64,000 bases of DNA from an uncultured Chthonomonadaceae bacterium (lineage in GTDB: Bacteria > Armatimonadota > Chthonomonadetes > Chthonomonadales > Chthonomonadaceae): NCBI GenBank assembly GCA_963817895.1, contig CAWFQB010000003.1, positions 224,001-288,000 of the forward strand, read 5' to 3'. This document shows, one piece after another, positions 41,726-51,977 of the stretch. A program made the translations under genes and the position numbers. The notes beneath the pieces were generated by a model. That model ran no database searches, had not been told where the DNA came from, and worked only from the letters and a program-made list of their open reading frames with translations. Every line of letters begins with the position of its first letter. Position 1 is the first letter of the stretch.

Positions 41726-43546
41726 ATGAACGCCAAATCCTGGTGGACACAGACGGTACACAACAAACTCATTGCGCTGATACTGGCAATGGTCGTTCTT
41801 GTGCCGTTAGTTGCCGCCCCTGCCGGCAATAATATGCGCGGCCTGGCCGCTCTCACTTTCGAGAGCCTGGGCGTCGCGCTGCTGGCAACCCTGCTCTGGC
41901 GAACCGATTGGAACCTCAATCGCGCCAAAATTCGAGAGTTTTTCACGACGGGAGCGAACCTGCCCATCCTGCTATTCCTGGGGCTGGCAATCGTTTCGTG
42001 CGTGTTATCGCCCCACAAACAGTACAGCGAACAGGAGCTGCTCCGCATCGGAACTGGCATCTTGCTGTATTTCGCCGTCGCGTATGAGTTTCGCCGCTCG
42101 GAACAACTCGCCCGCATGGTGGACGCGCTGATGGTTGTTACCATCGGCATTTCGCTGCTTGGCTTCGCGCAGTACGCGAGCAGCCATTCGTTCCACGATG
42201 TCAGCGTGTTCGGCGACCACCAGTTGCTCGGCTCGTTCCTGATGATTTTGCTGCCGCTCGTGGGCATCATGGCGGTGAGCGAAAAGAACCCCAATCGCCA
42301 GTTGCTGGCGCAGGCCGCCACTGTCATGGCCGCCACCTGCCTGCTGATGACGCAGGCGCGCAGCGCGTGGATCGGAACCGCAGCCGGCCTGTCGCTGCTC
42401 GGCGTGACGGCAAGCGTGTTGGCGATGCGCGATAAAAATTCGCGGCGCAACCGGCATCAGGTGGTAATGCCCATCCTGCTGCTCGTGATAGCCGTCGGGT
42501 TTTTCCTGCTGATGTTTCCGCAAACCGGCGTCCTCATCGGACGCGCCACCACGCTGCAAAGCGCGAATGAGGTGAGTACCTGGAACATCCGGCAGCGGAC
42601 ATGGCAGGGCGCGCGGCAGATGATCGCCGCCCGTCCCCTGAGCGGTTTCGGCCTGGGATTGTATCCCTATTACCAGCAGGAGTATACGCGCGACGGCCTG
42701 CCCGTTGCCCGAATGAACGGCGTCCCCTCCCTGGGCGAACAGGCGCATAACACGTACCTGCAAACCGCCGCCGAACTGGGAATTCCCGGCCTGCTGCTGA
42801 TGGCGGCGATTCCCGTTGTGTTTCTAATCGCCGGTTTCCGGCGCGTGGGACAACTGGAACCGGGAACGCGCCGCAGCCTGCTGATGGGGTCTATGGCCGG
42901 AGTGGTGGCGTTCGCCGTTGATGCGTATGCCAGTCCCTCGTGGCAGGTGGGCCAGATTTCCATGTTCTTCTGGCTGACGATGGGTATTGGCGTTGCCGGC
43001 CTGCGACCGCAGGCGCGTCCGCGCAAAGAGATGACGGCAGGAGTCAGTATCGCCGCGCTGCGAACCCGGACGGTGGAAACCGTTCGGGAATCCGGGCCGC
43101 CCACCTGGTTTCCCCGCGTCGCGCGTCCCGCAGGCGTTCTGGCCGCTCTGACGCTGATTCTGCTGCTGCCGACATTCGCGTTCGCGGTGGGAGACTTGTA
43201 TGCCACGCCCACATCCATTTCCATTACGCCGTCCAACGCCACCATTCGCGGCGGCGGCGCTCAGTCCTTCACTGTGACTGTCAACTATAGCGATGGGCAG
43301 ACGCGCGATGTCACAGTGGATCACGGCACAGGCCCCGGAACGGATAGCACGGTCATCACGGAAACCAATGGGGCGGGCTTTATGACCGGGCCGAACAACC
43401 GCGTGTATCAGAGTAAATCCCGCGAACGGGATGTTGTGACCATCAAAGCGGTATATACGCAACAGGCGGACACGAGCTACACCAATCCGCCGCAGAAGGA
43501 TGGTTCTATCATTGGCACGACAACCCTGAACGTTACCTTCCCGTAA
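41726..43546 (+). CDS. O-antigen ligase family protein with C-terminal Ig-like (Big_2-like) domain
   Basis: TQARSAWIG, RPLSGFGLG, AHNTYLQTAAELGIPG. Then an extra hydrophobic helix and SISITPSNATI..G.AQSFTVTVNYSDGQTRDVT. AAGGA RBS before ATG 41726. Confidence 0.85.
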   Translation: MNAKSWWTQTVHNKLIALILAMVVLVPLVAAPAGNNMRGLAALTFESLGVALLATLLWRTDWNLNRAKIREFFTTGANLPILLFLGLAIVSCVLSPHKQYSEQELLRIGTGILLYFAVAYEFRRSEQLARMVDALMVVTIGISLLGFAQYASSHSFHDVSVFGDHQLLGSFLMILLPLVGIMAVSEKNPNRQLLAQAATVMAATCLLMTQARSAWIGTAAGLSLLGVTASVLAMRDKNSRRNRHQVVMPILLLVIAVGFFLLMFPQTGVLIGRATTLQSANEVSTWNIRQRTWQGARQMIAARPLSGFGLGLYPYYQQEYTRDGLPVARMNGVPSLGEQAHNTYLQTAAELGIPGLLLMAAIPVVFLIAGFRRVGQLEPGTRRSLLMGSMAGVVAFAVDAYASPSWQVGQISMFFWLTMGIGVAGLRPQARPRKEMTAGVSIAALRTRTVETVRESGPPTWFPRVARPAGVLAALTLILLLPTFAFAVGDLYATPTSISITPSNATIRGGGAQSFTVTVNYSDGQTRDVTVDHGTGPGTDSTVITETNGAGFMTGPNNRVYQSKSRERDVVTIKAVYTQQADTSYTNPPQKDGSIIGTTTLNVTFP

Positions 43547-43728
43547 GCCGCGTTTTCCGGCAGGTTTTCGCAATCCCGGAACCCCGTTCCGCTAAGATTG
43601 CCCGACCGCGCGGCGGCAGCATTTGTCGCCGCGCCCACTTTTGAAACGGCGTCCATCGGCAGTATTATGAGACGCATACTGTCTACTCATGCAGGGTGAT
43701 TTCAATCACACGCCGCTGAGGAAGGATA

Positions 43729-44466
43729 ATGTCCATGAAACGATTACTTCTGCTCGCCGCTGCGGGCAGCCTGATAGCGTTGCTGTCTACCAGCGCAAAC
43801 GCGCAGGATTTATTCGATTTTGAAAACGTGAGGGCGATTCCGTCGGACCCCATCACCGCATTTCCCGTTGTGATGGCGGAGGGAGCTTCGATTCGCACAC
43901 TCACGCTGACCCAATCCGGTCTGACGGCGCTTCCGTCGAATACGTCGGGCTTCACATTCCTTGACAACAACTCGGGTGGCGTGGTTGCCTTCGGCAACAA
44001 TCTGAGCAATATTGTGGTCGGCAATGCGGGCGACAGGCAAAACACGCTGGAAACGCTCACGCTCACCTTCGACCAAGCTGTGTCGGGACTGACGTTTCAG
44101 TTCGTAACGTTCCCCGCGGGTTTTGGCGTACCTATCGAATTGAACGCCTCTACCGATTCGGGATTGTCCTTCAGCAGCACAGGAGTTCCCAACGGTACAT
44201 CAGGCAATGGCGAAGGCAGCATAACGTTGTCGGGCGGGCTGTTTACCATCGTCACCCTGTCGCTCAACACAACTCCCCAGATGGGTGGCACAGGCGCGGT
44301 GGGCGGCGACACGTTCCTCGTGGATAACTTCCTGGTCACGCCGTCCGTTATCTCGCAGGTTCCCGAACCTGGAAGCGTTGCCATGCTACTTGGCATGGGT
44401 CTGCCGGTTGCCTGGGGACTGCGGCGTCAATCGCGGCAAAAACGAAACGTGGGAACCGGGGCGTGA
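43729..44466 (+). CDS. PEP-CTERM sorting-domain protein
   Basis: Signal peptide ending ANA-Q. Ser/Thr/Gly-rich beta domain. C-terminus VPEPGSVAMLLGMGLPVAWGLRRQSRQKR. Confidence 0.92.
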   Translation: MSMKRLLLLAAAGSLIALLSTSANAQDLFDFENVRAIPSDPITAFPVVMAEGASIRTLTLTQSGLTALPSNTSGFTFLDNNSGGVVAFGNNLSNIVVGNAGDRQNTLETLTLTFDQAVSGLTFQFVTFPAGFGVPIELNASTDSGLSFSSTGVPNGTSGNGEGSITLSGGLFTIVTLSLNTTPQMGGTGAVGGDTFLVDNFLVTPSVISQVPEPGSVAMLLGMGLPVAWGLRRQSRQKRNVGTGA

Positions 44467-44527
44467 TCCGGGTGGTCGCGTATAAAAAACATCGCGCGTT
44501 TTATGTTGCCTGCCAAACCGTATCGCT

Positions 44528-45727
44528 ATGGCTGACTCCCAATCCTTAAAAGTGCTGATGATTTTGCATACGCCCTGGACACGCAACCTGGGCACCTCTC
44601 GCGTCAGCGTGGAAGTGGCGGAAGAGTTCGAGCGGATAGGGCTGGCCGTAGACAAATTCGACCTCAACGACGCGTTACCCCGGCGCTCGTATCTGAATAC
44701 AATTTTCGCCATGTCGTATTTTGCGCGCCGCGCCCGACAGCATGTGCGCAAACACGGTCACAAATACGATGTGATTCAAGCGGAGCAGGGCAGTTTGCCC
44801 TACAGCAAGCAGGACTTGAATTTTCAGGGACTGCTGGTGGCCCGCTCGAACGGCCTGGTGCATTTTCACGAGAAATGGGAGCGGGAAAACGAGCGTCCGC
44901 CCCGCAATCCGCTTCGCAAACTGGCAAGCCTCGCGCACAACGCCGAAACGGTCACGCGCAGTTTCAACATGGCGGATGCTGTCATTCTCATCAATCAGGA
45001 TGAGTATAACTATACGGCGCGCGAACTGGGCTTTGGTGACAAGGCGTATCTGTTTCACAATGGCCTGAGCCGGGAGCGAATGGCTGCGTTCGCCGCGCAG
45101 CGGACGCCGCCCGCGCAGCGGCTGCAAAATCAGCAGGTCGTCTTTATCGGCCACTGGAACCGGCGCAAGGGCGCGGAAGACCTTCCGCGCATTCTGCGAC
45201 AGATGCGGCAGACACGTCCGCAAACGCGCTTTCTGCTGCTCGGCACGGGCCACCACAGCCCGGAAGCGGTACGCGCCGGGTTTGCGCCGGCAGACCGGGC
45301 GTATGTGAAAGTTGTGCCTGAGTACGACTCCGATGAACTGCCGGGATTGCTGTCAGATGCAAGTGTGGGGGTTTTCCCCAGTTACATGGAGGGGTTCGGG
45401 ATCGGTGTGCTGGAAATGCTGGCGGCGGGCATCCCCACCCTGGCCTACGACGTGCCGGGACCGCGCGAGATGCTCGCCCGGTTTACGCCTCCGCTTCTCG
45501 TCAAAGCCGGGGATACGGACTGCATGGCGCAGCGACTGCTTGCCCTGCTCGCGCAGCCGTATGAAACGTATGCCGCACTTTCCAATCAGTCTTGCGACGT
45601 GGCCGCGCAGTTTCAATGGCAGCATACCGCCGCCGCTATGGTCGCTATGTACCGCGAACGTCTGGCAGGATTGAAGTCAGGCGAAACCCCCTCCGCTCGT
45701 TTTTCGGGCAACCGTCAAGAGCCATGA
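44528..45727 (+). CDS. Glycosyltransferase family 4
   Basis: FHNGL, FIGHWNRRKG, PSYMEGFGIGVLEMLAAG. Confidence 0.9.
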   Translation: MADSQSLKVLMILHTPWTRNLGTSRVSVEVAEEFERIGLAVDKFDLNDALPRRSYLNTIFAMSYFARRARQHVRKHGHKYDVIQAEQGSLPYSKQDLNFQGLLVARSNGLVHFHEKWERENERPPRNPLRKLASLAHNAETVTRSFNMADAVILINQDEYNYTARELGFGDKAYLFHNGLSRERMAAFAAQRTPPAQRLQNQQVVFIGHWNRRKGAEDLPRILRQMRQTRPQTRFLLLGTGHHSPEAVRAGFAPADRAYVKVVPEYDSDELPGLLSDASVGVFPSYMEGFGIGVLEMLAAGIPTLAYDVPGPREMLARFTPPLLVKAGDTDCMAQRLLALLAQPYETYAALSNQSCDVAAQFQWQHTAAAMVAMYRERLAGLKSGETPSARFSGNRQEP

Positions 45728-46392
45728 TGCAGTCGCCGCCTAAAATCGCTTATGGAGCCATCAATCAGGCTGTTCTGGCGCGCGTTCCCCCGACCTGCAA
45801 ACGCCTGCTGGACGTAGGCTGTGGAACCGGGGCGTTGGGACACGCGATCAAGCAGGCCACCGCCTGTGAAATCGTCGGCCTTACCTACTCGGAAGAGGAA
45901 GCCGCTTCTGCCCGGACGCGACTGGAAACGGTTTTCGTCTGCGATCTGAACACCTGTGACTTTGAAGACATGGGAATGTTTGACTGCATTGTATGCAGCC
46001 ATGTGTTGGAGCATCTTTATCAGCCGGAGCGCGTCCTGAAGAAACTGCGCCCGTTATTAACTCCGCGCGGAGTCCTGATTGTCGCTTTGCCCAATATCGT
46101 CCACTGGCGGCAGCGCCTGCAGTTTTTGCGGGGCCGATTTCGCTACACCGATGGCGGCCTGATGGATAGTACGCATTTCCGCTTTTTCGACCGCGAAACG
46201 GCCCTGGAACTGGTACAGGGCGCGGGCTTCGAGATTGTCGAGCGTGTTGCCGACGGGTATTTCCCCCTGCCGGGGCTGCGAACCCTCTTCCGCTCTCTTG
46301 CGCCGAAACTGGATGCGGCCGCGACTAGAGTGCGTCCCGGCCTGTTCGGGTGGCAGTTCATTCTGGTTGCCCGCTCCGCTTCGACTATGTGA
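45724..46392 (+). CDS. Class I SAM-dependent methyltransferase
   Basis: LLDVGCGTG, SHVLEHL, ALPNIVHW, GLMDSTHFRFF. Resembles 3759-4526. ATGA overlap. Confidence 0.88.
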   Translation: MMQSPPKIAYGAINQAVLARVPPTCKRLLDVGCGTGALGHAIKQATACEIVGLTYSEEEAASARTRLETVFVCDLNTCDFEDMGMFDCIVCSHVLEHLYQPERVLKKLRPLLTPRGVLIVALPNIVHWRQRLQFLRGRFRYTDGGLMDSTHFRFFDRETALELVQGAGFEIVERVADGYFPLPGLRTLFRSLAPKLDAAATRVRPGLFGWQFILVARSASTM

Positions 46393-46408
46393 GTTCGCCT
46401 GCTTGAGA

Positions 46409-47392
46409 ATGGTTGACCCTATGGCCGCCCGGAGAGTTACGGTTTCCATTCTGATTCCCACATACAACCGCGCCTCTTATCTGCGCGACGCCATTGGCAG
46501 CGCCCTGGCGCAAACCTGCGCGGATATCGAAGTGGTTGTACTGGACGACGCGAGTACCGATGCGACGCAGGCTGTCGTGGCCGCGTTTGCCGATGAGCCG
46601 CGTTTGCGCTATGTCCGTCATGCGCGTAATGTGGGCATCGCCGACAACTGGCGCGCGGGTATAGCGTCCTGCGCGGGCGAGTTTTTCTGCCTGCTGCATG
46701 ATGATGACACGCTGGAACCGGAGTTTGTCTCTCTCCTGCTTCCTCCACTTCAGGCGGATGCCGATCTCGTTTTAGCCTTCAGCGATCACTGGTGTATGGA
46801 TGCGCAGGCGCGGCGTCTGCCCGAATCTACGGAAGCGGCGCGGAAACGATTCGGGCGTGACCGGCTTGCGCCCGGACAACTAACCGATTTCGCGCGGACG
46901 GCTCTGGTGGATGCCGGCATACCTGTCGGGGCCACGCTGTTTCGGCGCGCGATGGTAACGCCGGACATGATTGACGCGCGGGCGCGGGGCAGCATTGATA
47001 TGTGGCTCCTGTATGGCTGCTGGCAGACAGGCAAAGGCGCGTATTATGTGCCGTCGCGTCTGATGAATTACCGCGAACACAGCGGCGGCATGAGCGGCAG
47101 CCAGCCCCTGTATATGGCGGAGGGCCATCTATTTCGCTATGCGCAGATGCTCAACGATCCGGGGTTGCGCGGGATTTATGCCGACCTGAAGGGTTTGCGG
47201 GCGCGAATGTTGCGCGATTACGGAATTGGGCTGATGGCTGTGGGGCGCATTGCGGAGAGCCGCGCCGCGCTGCGGGAAAGCCTGCGCCTGCAATTTGAGC
47301 GCCGCGCTCTGATGGCCTATACCCTGAGCCGGCTGGGGCGTTCCGGCAAGTTCCTTGCGGAACAGGCGCGGCGACGAGCCGACCGTACATAG
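46409..47392 (+). CDS. Glycosyltransferase family 2
   Basis: VSILIPTYNR, LDDASTD, NVGIADNW, LLHDDD. Start 46409 or 46421. Confidence 0.9.
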   Translation: MVDPMAARRVTVSILIPTYNRASYLRDAIGSALAQTCADIEVVVLDDASTDATQAVVAAFADEPRLRYVRHARNVGIADNWRAGIASCAGEFFCLLHDDDTLEPEFVSLLLPPLQADADLVLAFSDHWCMDAQARRLPESTEAARKRFGRDRLAPGQLTDFARTALVDAGIPVGATLFRRAMVTPDMIDARARGSIDMWLLYGCWQTGKGAYYVPSRLMNYREHSGGMSGSQPLYMAEGHLFRYAQMLNDPGLRGIYADLKGLRARMLRDYGIGLMAVGRIAESRAALRESLRLQFERRALMAYTLSRLGRSGKFLAEQARRRADRT

Positions 47393-47479
47393 CAGAACGC
47401 CAAACCGGTACGAGGCATGGCGGCTCGAGCGCGGAGAAAACGGTACGAGAAAATAGATTTGAAAATCAGGAGGCTAAAG

Positions 47480-48654
47480 ATGCTAACCCAATCTGCCGAT
47501 TCTGCTGCCTCCCCAAGAGCTTCATATCTGGACGCTTACCGGGGCATTGCCTGTCTGATGGTATGTTTCTATCATTCGGCAACAAACTTTCGTCTTCTTA
47601 ACCTGACTATTTGGGGCTTTACGGGCGTCCATCTGTTTTTCACTATCAGCGGCTACTTGATTTTCCAGCCATTCTTAAAATCCCTGCTGAATTCGGAGCC
47701 ATTGCCTGCCACGCTGCCGTTTTATCGGAATCGCTTCGTTCGCATTATGCCGCCTTATCTTGTCGCCCTGCTGTTCTATACCGGGCTGCGGTACGCCACC
47801 CATATCAATATTCCCTCCCCGCAGAATATTCTTATGCACATCTTCCTGATTTTTAACTATTATTCAGAGAAAGATTTCTTCAGTATCAACCCTGTTCTGT
47901 GGAGTCTTGCGATTGAAGCGCAATTCTATCTGATCCTGCCCCTGTGCGTGTATCTTGTGTACAGAATTTTAAACGGTTTAGGGTTTCACCGGACAAGATG
48001 GTGACGGTACTTCTAACCCTGTTCTTTATCACAGGCATTACATCTCGCGGGCTGGAATTCAGCCATTTTTACCATGCGCGTTCCGCTTCCGCTTCTGTAC
48101 TCAAGTTCCGCAGCATCTTCTCGTTTCTTGATATGTTCAGTATTGGGATGGCAATCGCGTATCTGGAAAGGCAAGGAGCGTTGAAAAGGCTCATTCAGCA
48201 AGTTCCGGCGTTTGTTCCCTTGCTGATGGGCGGCTTTCTGCTGGCAATCGCTAATATCTGGTGTACACTTCTCTCGCCTGGCGAATGGATGACCTCAAAT
48301 AATCTTGCGTACACTCTGTTTTTCTCGCCGCTTATCTGCGCCGGTTTTGGGCTTTTCCTGTTGACGAACATTTTTTACAAAGAGACGCGGCGCAGCATCT
48401 TCAATACATATCCGCTTGCATCCATTGGTTTGATTTCTTACAGTGTTTATTTGTATCATATCGGCGTACAGTTTGTGGTTTTCAGCCGTCTGCATCTCGA
48501 CAGGTATATCGCTAACTGGTCCCTTGTGGCTTTCCTGAATGGACTTATCTCCCTGCCGTTTGTTTTACTAGTATCCTATATGATGTACTTTCTGGTCGAA
48601 AAACCCTCCCTTCGGTGGCTCAATCGCAGGAGAGTCGCCATGGTTCCACAATGA
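47480..48654 (+). pseudogene. Acyltransferase-3, frameshifted near 47985 (possible sequencing indel)
   Basis: LDAYRGIA, GVHLFFTISGY, WSLAIEAQFY in the first frame. GLISYSVYLYH and VEKP in the second. AGGAGG RBS. Confidence 0.88.
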
Positions 48655-49802
48655 AACTGCACATCATTGCGCCTGCGTTGCCCCCCCTTCTGGATGGCAT
48701 CGGCGATTACACCGCCGCGCTGGCCGCGCAACTTGTTTCCCAGGCGCAATGCGACGTGACTATCCTGACCGGATCGGATTTTGAGCCTGCGCCTATTCCG
48801 GGCGCGCGTATTGTGCCGACATTTCGATATGAGGAGCCGGCAAGCGTGGCCCACATTCGGAAGCAGGTGATTGCCGGTCACCCGGATTGGCTGCTGCTGC
48901 AATACAATCCGTTCGCTTATGGCAAGTGGGGGTTGAACCTGCATCTGCCCCGCGTCCTGCGCGATGTAAAACGGGAATGTTCCGCCCTGCGTCTGGCGGT
49001 GATGTGCCATGAAGCGTTTGTGCCTGTCATAAGCTGGAAGTTTGCCGTAATGACAACCTGGCAGCGGACGCAGTTATGGCAGTTGGGGCAGGCTGCCGAC
49101 GCGGTGTTTTTTTCCATTCAGCCCTGGGCGCAGCGGTATCGCTCGTGGTTTCCCCACACGCCGGTCGCGCATCTGCCGGTCGGTTCCAACATCGCGTGCG
49201 TGGCGATGAGCCGAGAAGAAGCGCGAAATCGCCTGGGATTTACGGACGATGATTTCGTGGTGGGCTTGTTCGGTACAGCCCATGCTTCCCGAATGTTGCC
49301 GCTGATGGGGGACACGCTACGCGCGCTGACGGCAGCCGGACACAAAGTAACGCTGCTTTATATCGGGCCAAATGAGCAGGAAATTCGCTTGCATGCGGGC
49401 GGGGCGCGGGTGTACGCGGAGGGCGCGTTGCCTGCCGAAGAGGTGTCGCGTCGATTCGCCGCGATGGATATGTATCTGGCTCCCTTTCTGGACGGCGTTT
49501 CTACCCGGCGCACATCGGTAATGACCGCTTTGCAGCATGGCATCGCAATCGTGGGAAATCGGGGCGTGTGGACGGATGATCTGTTGCTTGCCGAAAACGG
49601 CAAGGCGTTTGTGTTGTGCGACATGCGGCAGGAGGGCGCGTTTCAGGCGCAGGCTCTACGAATAGCCGGGGATACAGACCTGCGCGCTCGATTGGGAAGC
49701 GGCGCGGCGGAACTGTTCGCGCGCGAGTTCACTTGGGAACGAATTGCCAGCCGATTGATGAACGCGCTTTCTGAGGCGAAGCAAGCCGATGCGCGGTTTT
49801 GA
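48651..49802 (+). CDS. GT-B glycosyltransferase (GT4-like)
   Basis: DGIGDYT, LQYNPFAYG, LPVGSNI, PFLDGVSTRRTS, FTWERIA. Confidence 0.85.
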   Translation: MKLHIIAPALPPLLDGIGDYTAALAAQLVSQAQCDVTILTGSDFEPAPIPGARIVPTFRYEEPASVAHIRKQVIAGHPDWLLLQYNPFAYGKWGLNLHLPRVLRDVKRECSALRLAVMCHEAFVPVISWKFAVMTTWQRTQLWQLGQAADAVFFSIQPWAQRYRSWFPHTPVAHLPVGSNIACVAMSREEARNRLGFTDDDFVVGLFGTAHASRMLPLMGDTLRALTAAGHKVTLLYIGPNEQEIRLHAGGARVYAEGALPAEEVSRRFAAMDMYLAPFLDGVSTRRTSVMTALQHGIAIVGNRGVWTDDLLLAENGKAFVLCDMRQEGAFQAQALRIAGDTDLRARLGSGAAELFAREFTWERIASRLMNALSEAKQADARF

Positions 49803-49851
49803 AACCGCGCATCCGACAGGGAAAACTAGCCTTGATTGCCCGTAAGACTCT

Positions 49852-50689
49852 ATGGAATTGTCTTTGATGCAGCAGCAAACACTCAAAAACAACTTCAAAG
49901 CGTTTCTGCTGCGGATTGCGCCTGGGCTTGCTGAGCAATTGCGAACCGCCTGGCAGAAGCGTCACGCGCGCCGCTTTGAAAGCCGTTTGGGATTGCCCAG
50001 TCTGGCGCGGGAATTTACGGCGCGACACGGGTTCACCATTTTCAGTGGCCCCTTTGCGGGCATGGCGTATGTGGCGCGAGCCGTCGGCAGCGCCGTTGTT
50101 CCCAAACTGGTCGGTTCCTATGAGCAGGAACTGCATGGCGTCCTTGCCGACATCGCGCAAACCCCGTACATGGTTGTTGTGGATGTGGGCTGCGCGGAAG
50201 GTTATTACGCGGTCGGACTGGCCGCGCGCGCAGGTGTATGCTTTCGATCTGGATCGGGAAGCGCTGCGGCTATGCGGGGACATCGCGGATGCCAACGGCG
50301 TGTCGGCGCGGACGCATATCGCGGGCAGGTGCGATCCGACAATTTTGAACTCCCTTTTGAAAGGGCGCGCGCTTGTGGTTTCGGATTGTGAGGGGTATGA
50401 GCGGACCTGCTGGATTTGGAGCGCGCTCCCGGTTTGCGATACGCCGATATGTTGGTGGAACTGCATGATGCCGTCAATCCCGGTCTGACAGCGGAACTGC
50501 TTGCGCGTTTTGCGTCCACGCATGACGCGCAAATAATTGACAGTACGCCTCGTAACGGCTGCGATTACGCCTGTCTTGGAGTTTTTGACCATCGAAAAGC
50601 GGCATCTGGCGGTGAGTGAATTTCGACATCCAGGCCAGCAATGGGCCTTCTTTCGGGCAAAACAGATAGCGTGGCAGGAGGGCGCGTAA
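49852..50689 (+). pseudogene. SAM-dependent methyltransferase-like protein, multiply frameshifted
   Basis: GPFAGM, KLVGSYEQEL, VDVGCAEGYYAVG, then VYAFD..SDCEGYE, then LVELHD, in successive frames. Ends in a TAATG overlap with the next gene. Confidence 0.7.
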
Positions 50690-51804
50690 TGCCGCTGAAC
50701 ATCGTGGTCGTGATGCCCCTCGCCCGCATGAGCGGCGGGGCCGAGCGCGGCGTTGCTGGATTTATTTCGGGAAGGGCAGGACGGGAAGCACTGCTGGCAT
50801 GCGATTTTTCTGGAAGACGGGCCGATGGTTGCGGAGGCTCGCGGCCTGGGCGTGGAAACGCGGGTCATTCACGCGGGGCGGTTGCGCGAAATTGGGCGGA
50901 TGGGCGTATGCGTCGCGCGAATTGTTGCGCAGATTCGACGTTGGCGCGGCGATGTCGTGCTGGGATGGATGACGAAAGCGCACCTGTACAGTGGCCCCGC
51001 CGCCCGTCTGTCCGGCGTTCCCGCGCTGTGGTTTCAGCACGGCCTGCCGGACCCAACGAGCCGCCTGGACTGTCTGGCTGCGCGTCTGCCGACACGCGGC
51101 ATTCTGTGCTGCTCGAATTTTGTCGCCGACGCCCAGGCGCAATTACCGCCCCTGCGCCCGATGCGCGCAGCTCATCCTGGCGTAGATTTGTCGCGCTTTG
51201 ACCCGGATAAGTTGCCATCTCCCCTGGATACGAGGCAATCGCTTGGCCTGCCCTCAGACGGCCCTTTAATCGGTATTGTTGGGCGGCTTCAGCGCTGGAA
51301 GGGCATGCACACGCTGATTGCCGCTCTGCCCCTCCTGCTGCAAACTCGCCCCAACGCGCGCGTCGTTATTGTGGGCGGCCCGCACGATCTGGAGCCGGAT
51401 TATTCCGCGCAACTGAAAGCGCAAATCGCTGCAAGTGGCTTGCAGGAACGAGTAGTTGATGGCAGGCGCGCAAACCAATATTCCCGAATGGATGCAGGCG
51501 ATGGATGTCATGGTTCACGCCTCGGATCGGGAACCGTTCGGCATCGTGGTACTGGAAGCGATGGCGCTCGGCAAGCCGCTTGTCGCCGGGGCGGAGGGCG
51601 GGCCGCGCGAAATCATCACGGAGGGCGTGAACGGCCTGCTGACTCCCTATGATGATGCGCCCGCGCTGGCGCAGGCCATTGCGCGCTACCTGAACGATCC
51701 TGAATGGGCCGAAAGGTTGGAAATGCGGCGCAAATCGCGCCCACGAGTTTTCCACGGCGCGTTACGCGCAAAACGTTGTTGAAGCCGTGCAGTCACTCCT
51801 CTGA
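50689..51804 (+). pseudogene. Glycosyltransferase family 4, multiply frameshifted
   Basis: SGGAE, HPGVD, VGRLQRWKG and ASDREPFGIVVLEAMA are spread over ORFs 50641, 50753 and 51456. Stop at 51802-51804. Confidence 0.82.
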
Positions 51805-51977
51805 GAAGCAGGATTGCATTTTATATCCGGAGTTAGATGCTGTTTGAAATGAATGTTGCGAACTGTTTGAGCGCACATCCTCTGGAAAGCCAAATCTCGC
51901 GAATTATCAGCAATTAACCCGGCGTTCGGCACGTAAAGGTTCACAATATCCGAGGATCGATAACGTCTTGGACGCGC

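Noticed and set aside
43555..43575. Sigma54 promoter before the second PEP-CTERM gene (CCGGCAGGTTTTCGCA)
   Set aside because: Spacing is GG-N9-GC, not the required N10.
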